Shown here one piece after another: positions 58,586 through 64,000 of a stretch of 64,000 bases of DNA. The position numbers and the translations under genes were made by a program. Source of the DNA: the human T2T-CHM13v2.0 reference genome, Homo sapiens; the NCBI RefSeq assembly GCF_009914755.1, contig NC_060929.1. One strand, given 5' to 3'. Below the pieces are notes generated by a model. That model did no database searches. It was not told the origin of the DNA and saw only the letters and a list, made by a program, of their open reading frames with translations. Each line of letters begins with the position of its first letter. The stretch's first letter is position 1.

Positions 58586-61500
58586 CACAAGTTCTATTTT
58601 CCTTCTCCTGGGAGTTTTTCCAGGCAGAAAAGGGATCACAATCCATATTTACATATATACATGCTGGAATTCTTCTTTCTCTTCGGAAGATTTGCTTCTT
58701 GAGAAAACAAAACTTCCTCATGTAAAAGCCCTTCTGAGCCAGGAGATTAATGGATATTGATCATTTTTGTGGCATGTGGCCAGGCGAGATCCACGGAAGT
58801 GCTTAGAGGAATTCCCAAAGAGGAAGATGATTGATGCTTTTGACACCAATGGATTCCAACAGTGTTTGCCAACTACCAGGCATCCTGCAGTGCAGTTTGG
58901 GGTAGTGCCTGACCAGCCAGACTGTGTCTGTGACAACTCTGATCTTCTTAAGTCTGAGCATCTGTTAAAACGATGCCTCAGCAGGAAAACACAGTAGGAG
59001 AATGTCTGCTCAGGGCATGTGAGTGTCTGACTGGCCTCTCAGACATCCTCTAGAAAGCCCTGATGTCCCCAGGTCCCCTTTGCTCACTGGCCCTGCCTGT
59101 GCTTTGTGCAGACAGAGGAAATGAAACAGAGCCCAGCAGAGGGCATCTGCCCTCTCTTGAGTGTTCCTACCCATGGTCACTGCACTAGGGAGAGGATGTC
59201 AGCCAGTTGTGCAGCTACGGCTGGCATTGTTCTCTCTCTGAGCACATATTTAGGCCAGAAGGCCCTTTAGGATTGGAGCAGTGTCCACTGTGTCTGTGAG
59301 CTCCCTGCAGGCCAGCAGACTGAGAAACTTATTTTATGTCCCATATCAGCAGGCGGAGGACTTGAGCAGTCAGGCTCCCAGCCATAATACTATACTGCTA
59401 CCTGACAAGTTCTATTAATAGTTTCATCTGCTAGGAGTTTTTCCAGGTAGAAAAATGGGCCCATTCATGGCATGACTGTAAAATGTGCACAAGGTGGTCA
59501 TTTTTGGAATAGAAGGAGGCAAGGGACTTCTGATAGAGTAAGAGGTGCTGGCCCAACTGTAGAGCTAGGGGCAATGTGGGTTGAAATGGTCCCCCATCCC
59601 CTCCTCTCTAAGCCTGCCCTTTTCTCCTTGGCATTCTGCTCTGAGGGTAACTTTCCAAGTGCTGTGCCCTGTGGGCACATTTTGTGTGCTCCCAGCCCAT
59701 GTCTATGAAAGAATCTTGAAGTTGATGGCAGGGAACTGAGGTTTATGGAGGACACTGACTTTCTGTGTTACCATCATTTGTGGAGATCTTTCACTTTTAT
59801 TAAAAATGCAGTCTATTGCCAAAGAATTTCAATCCCCAGTCTTGGCAGGACTATCAGACCTACTGCTCAGCTCCCTCTCCCATCTCCCACATAATTTTTC
59901 CCATTTTTTTACTTTCTTCAGGCTGCTTCTACCTCAGAGGGTGATTCTTTTTCCTGTTGACAGAGAAGTTGAAGCTATCAATACGAATTCCCTCAACTTT
60001 TCTCCTGTGGTAATCATTAGTGCTAGCTGCCAAATAGCGCCGGGATTATGCTTTCTGGTCCTTCTTGTGAAGGGGTGGGAGGCATGACTAACTCTTCACT
60101 ATAAGTGGCGAGCAGAAACAATGTGTGACACATCCAGGTGAAAGCACACAATTGCTGGAGTGCAATTTCCCAAAGCCGAGTGACCCTCTGGCATGCAGGA
60201 AACATTTAAGAGGGTGGTTCTTCTATCAGCCGGGATTCCTGAGGGAATTCAGTTCCAAATGGAAATAAGATGAGCAATAAATAAACTTACTTTTGTTAAA
60301 AGCCACTATGACTTTAGTTTTGTTTGTTAACACAATGTAACAGCCTATCTTGGCTAATATCCTGTCCCTTTCACACAAAAAACTTGCTCCATCTTCACCC
60401 CTCCTGTTTCCTTTCCAGCTTTTTCAGAGGAAGAGCTGTCTCTCCATCTATCCTAATCTTTACAACCACTCCTGATTAAGGTCCTTCAATGGCTCCCCAT
60501 TGTTCTTTAGAAAAATAATAAAAAGATTAAAATCCTTAGGGAGATCTACCAGGCTCACATGGTCTGTCCCCTGCCTGCATCCTTACAGACTCAGTCACAC
60601 CCAGTCCTCCCAAGGCCCAGCTTGGCCCGTTCACCCTCTTTCAGTTCCTCTTATACACCATGTCTCTTCTCACCACAGGGCTTTCAAACATGCTTTGAAC
60701 ATGTCCTTTCTATCAGAAATGCCCTCCCCACCTCAGAGGGAACCTCTGAAGTTCCAGGGTTTTGTTCACTTTCCTCATTTTTTAGCTTTAAGAGCAAACA
60801 TGAACTTTTCAGTGAGTGAATGAATAAAAATCATAGGGGAATTTTTTTTAAAAATACAACAGTGTGAAGGAAAAGGGAACTATGTAAGTGAGGGAGAGCG
60901 AGTGGGTCCTCTCCACCCTCTGCACTTTGTTCCCTTCCCATGGTCCTGTCCCAGGTCTTTATTGTACTTGAGACTAGCTTTCTGAGCCAGGAATAACCCA
61001 GGGAGCCTGGCAGAGCCAGGAAAAGTCACCTCAACATTTCAGGGTCTGGAAGGCTCAGGAGGAGTGGAGCTGGCTCTTGAGGAGGGTGGAGATCTCCTCA
61101 GTTGGAAGGAAAGATGGCTGGCACCAAGAGCAGAGGCCCCCAAACCAAGCTGCATCCCAAGATGCTAGAACTGGGACCACCTGCACATCTGAAAGAGGTC
61201 ACAGGTGTGAACGCTACTTTGCTCAGCTGGTGAAGTACTTAAGAGACTTCCCCCACCCCACTGCAAAGGCTGCTGCTATTACAGTTATGAGACACCTGTC
61301 CCATTTCACTCACTAGACTGGTAACTCTTTGAAGGTATGACTGTGTTTTATTCTGCTTGGGTCCTTGGAAGGCCGAGCTCAGTGTCTCTAGACCTCATAG
61401 GTGGTGGTTAACACAATTTGTCAGATGGAACTAATCACCCTTGCTGGTGATACAGCCATGCCTGCCTGATAATATATGTGCTTTCTGCCATGAAGTAATA

Positions 61501-62419
61501 TATTTTGGAAAACAATATTCACACATTTTTCTTTTTTCCCCCAGTAGCAGGCCTTTGCTTAGTAGTGTCCAAAAGATGCTCCATCTCCTTTATAGGTAGA
61601 GTTAAGGCCTCTCTCATGCAAAACCGGACTCTCTGGGTCTCTTTGTCCCACTCTCCTAGAGGACTGATATGCACAAAGTTTTCTTGCAGTGACTGGGAGA
61701 TCCCACCTGATCCTCATTAAGGCAGAGTGGGGTCAGGAAGGAGGAGGGAATGGTGTAGGGGAAAGAAGGGAAAAGATCATCCCTGTAAGCCCAGAGATGA
61801 GGAAGCAATCTAGAGGAGAGAGAGGGATGGATGAGAGTGTGTCTTCTGTTAGACAAGTTGAGTAGAGTGCCAACAACTCTGTCTGGGTCTCTGTTCCCTG
61901 TCACTAAGCACTGACCACATGGCAGACACTGGGGTCCCTTCATAACTGCAGCCTGAGTCCAGCTGGGCCTAAACTGGGATTCAGAGGCTGGTTGGGTTGG
62001 TTCCCAGTTGTTGGGGCTGGAAGTTTCCTCAGCATGTGTTTAGAGTTGATATGCAGTGGAAGGAAAAGGCCTTTAAGAAGGATAGTTAGGCATGATTCCC
62101 AGAGGACAGAGACAGAGTTAGAGAAGATTGCAAGGTGTTTGGCTCTGCAGGGGAAGGCCAAGGCCAGTTTATGTAGAGAGGCTGCAAGCCGATGCTGGAG
62201 GGGTGGTTTTCTTTAGCTGCAGAGCATAAGCAGAGTCCTTCTGATCTTAGGTGTGACTCAATATGGGGAAGAGTCGTATCCCTGATTTTTCATGAGGCAA
62301 GCTTGGCTTCTTCAGGGACTGTGGCCTAGAGGGGCTGGGATGCACTGAGGTGGGTAAGAGAAATGTCCTAAAGTAATGTAGGCATTGACTGTGAGCAATG
62401 TGTGTGTTAATACTGCCTC

Positions 62420-62610
62420 ATTTATACCCATCGGCTACTGAAGCCTGGAGATATTTGAGGCACAAATGCTTTATCCCATTTAATTTTCATTATAACCTAT
62501 GACATAGGCATTATTATTCCAACTTTCCTGATGAGGAAAGTGAGACAGAGGCAAGGCTGAGTAATTTGCTCAAGTGACCACATTAATAAGTGTTTGGACC
62601 TGGGACTGAC
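62420..62610 (-). mobile_element. MIR SINE fragment
   Basis: aggcattattattccaactttcctgatgaggaaagtgagacagag...gagtaatttgctcaag. Confidence 0.6.
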
Positions 62611-63481
62611 TTCAATAGGCACCTCTCAGCTACATCTCCAATTCTGCTTCCCAGAAACCCTGCTTGACATTTCGAAGACACACCCACTTGGGTTACTGGG
62701 GAGGCTGAGCGCCCTCTTAAGGCAGAAGTCACGGGGGTAAAACCATGTCCTCATAACGCCTTTGGTATTTTGGAAGGAATTTTAGGCTTTATGAATGATG
62801 TCTTTTCCCAGGGAGACATTTCTAGCATTCTCTGGGGAGATAACAAAGGACCAGCTAGGGAATTAGAAGAACCCTAGAGTCCCAAGAAAGGGAGTCATCA
62901 CTGAATGACAGCAATGATGCTTCCTTTTGGAGCTGCAGAGAACTTTATAGTTTCTAGAGCATTTCCTCTCATATCAGTTCATTTGGAAGTTCACACACAC
63001 ACACAAAAAAAAACCTCTGTGAAGCAAAAGCTCATATGTCCATTCTGCAAATGGGGAATGAAACTCAGAGAGCTTCAATGACTTGCCCAAGACCACAGGG
63101 TTAGGAGAATCAGGCTAGAAACCTGGTCAACAGAAACCCAGTTCAGGATTCCTTCCCTTTAACAGGTACTCCCTTGAACCATGGTGGGTGACTTATCTTC
63201 ATCTAATGGAGGCTGGTGCTGTGACTCAGCCAGCCAGAGGTCCAGACATTAGGGTGGTGCCTGAAGATAATCAAACATTCATATGAGAGACATGATCCAG
63301 AGTGCAGTACCAGCCACAGAGCAGCACCACCTTCATTCAAATCCTGGCATTTCATAGACATAGAGGCTGATTATAGATTAGTTTCCCGAAGACTGATACA
63401 TGAAAAACTAGTTTCACCATGAGAAGAAGCCTGTGGTCATGTAATACATATTGTATCCTTTATCTATTAGAGTAGTGATTC

Positions 63482-63620
63482 TTTTTTTTTTTTTTTTTTT
63501 TTTTTAATAGAGACAGGGTCTTGCTATGTCCCCCAGGCTGGTCTCAAACTCTTGGCATCAAGCAATCCTCCTGTCTCAGCTTCTCATAGTGTTGGCATTA
63601 CAGGCATAAGCCACTGCGTG
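63482..63620 (-). mobile_element. Alu left-monomer (FLAM_C-like), within a Charlie4-like hAT fragment (~63375-63780)
   Basis: Poly-T then agagacagggtcttgctatgt...ctcaaactcttggcatcaagcaatcctcc...gccactgcg; single arm only. Confidence 0.78.
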
Positions 63621-63882
63621 ATGCATATTGAAGGCTCTGTAATATCTTTAAGAAAAACAGAAAACAAAAACAAAAGCTGTTTGACTGTTTAACTAAAGGT
63701 TTCCAAATTTATCTGAGCACAAAATCTTTTTTTTAAGGTAATACTTATTAGCAGCCCATGGAACTGCTAAGACCAACTTGTTTTCTTAAGTCGCTGAATT
63801 AATGGGTTGATTTTATGCCATGTGGGCAGAATCTTGGAAATGTTTTATAGTTTTATATTCAAGCCTGAAGCCTCAGGAGATG

Positions 63883-63925
<43 letters not shown>

Positions 63926-63933
63926 GTCTATCA
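63883..63933. repeat. (TCTA)10 TCTG TCTA TCA tetranucleotide STR
   Basis: Directly visible. Confidence 0.95.
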
Positions 63934-64000
63934 AGTTGTAAAGGGCAGTGCATTTAAGTAGGTCTTGCTGCTAGTTATTTCATAACTTGAATACTCAGGG

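Noticed and set aside
63444-63630. Apparent 10-bp TSD (atacatattg/atgcatattg) enclosing extra sequence beyond the FLAM tail, suggesting a 3' transduction
   Set aside because: Both motifs and the spacer look like native sequence of the surrounding Charlie4-like element, so a transduction is not supported.

Overview
Primate (most likely human) genomic DNA lying wholly inside the TRPC7 cation-channel gene, which runs on the minus strand. Three coding exons are visible: 25204-25368, 16751-16967 and 2180-2413, probably exons 4-6. All have canonical AG/GT ends and compatible phases, and together encode pre-S1 through the S3-S4 loop. The rest is intron, rich in transposable elements. These include a near-complete Tigger1 (3862-6191), a full-length L1PA4-like LINE-1 with a 16-bp TSD (39684-45814), a two-LTR HERV-H/LTR7 provirus with a 5-bp TSD and perfect tRNA-His PBS (51884-57533), five dimeric Alus plus one monomer, MER1B, MER33, MER5, MER20, MLT1, LTR16 and many MIR/L2/L1M fragments. 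Most notable observation: the L1 is antisense to TRPC7, so its antisense promoter points at the downstream channel exons. Its ORF0 is open for 108 codons and contains a strong phase-0 donor (CAG|GTGAGG after codon 85) that would splice in frame to the 25368 exon, giving a candidate ORF0-TRPC7 chimeric channel lacking the ankyrin N-terminus. Also notable: the antisense LTR7/HERV-H unit, a four-element nested insertion stack, and an unexplained 56-bp direct repeat bracketing that stack. No prokaryotic-type systems are present. Repeat subfamily names and exon numbers come from recalled consensus sequences and were not verified by search.
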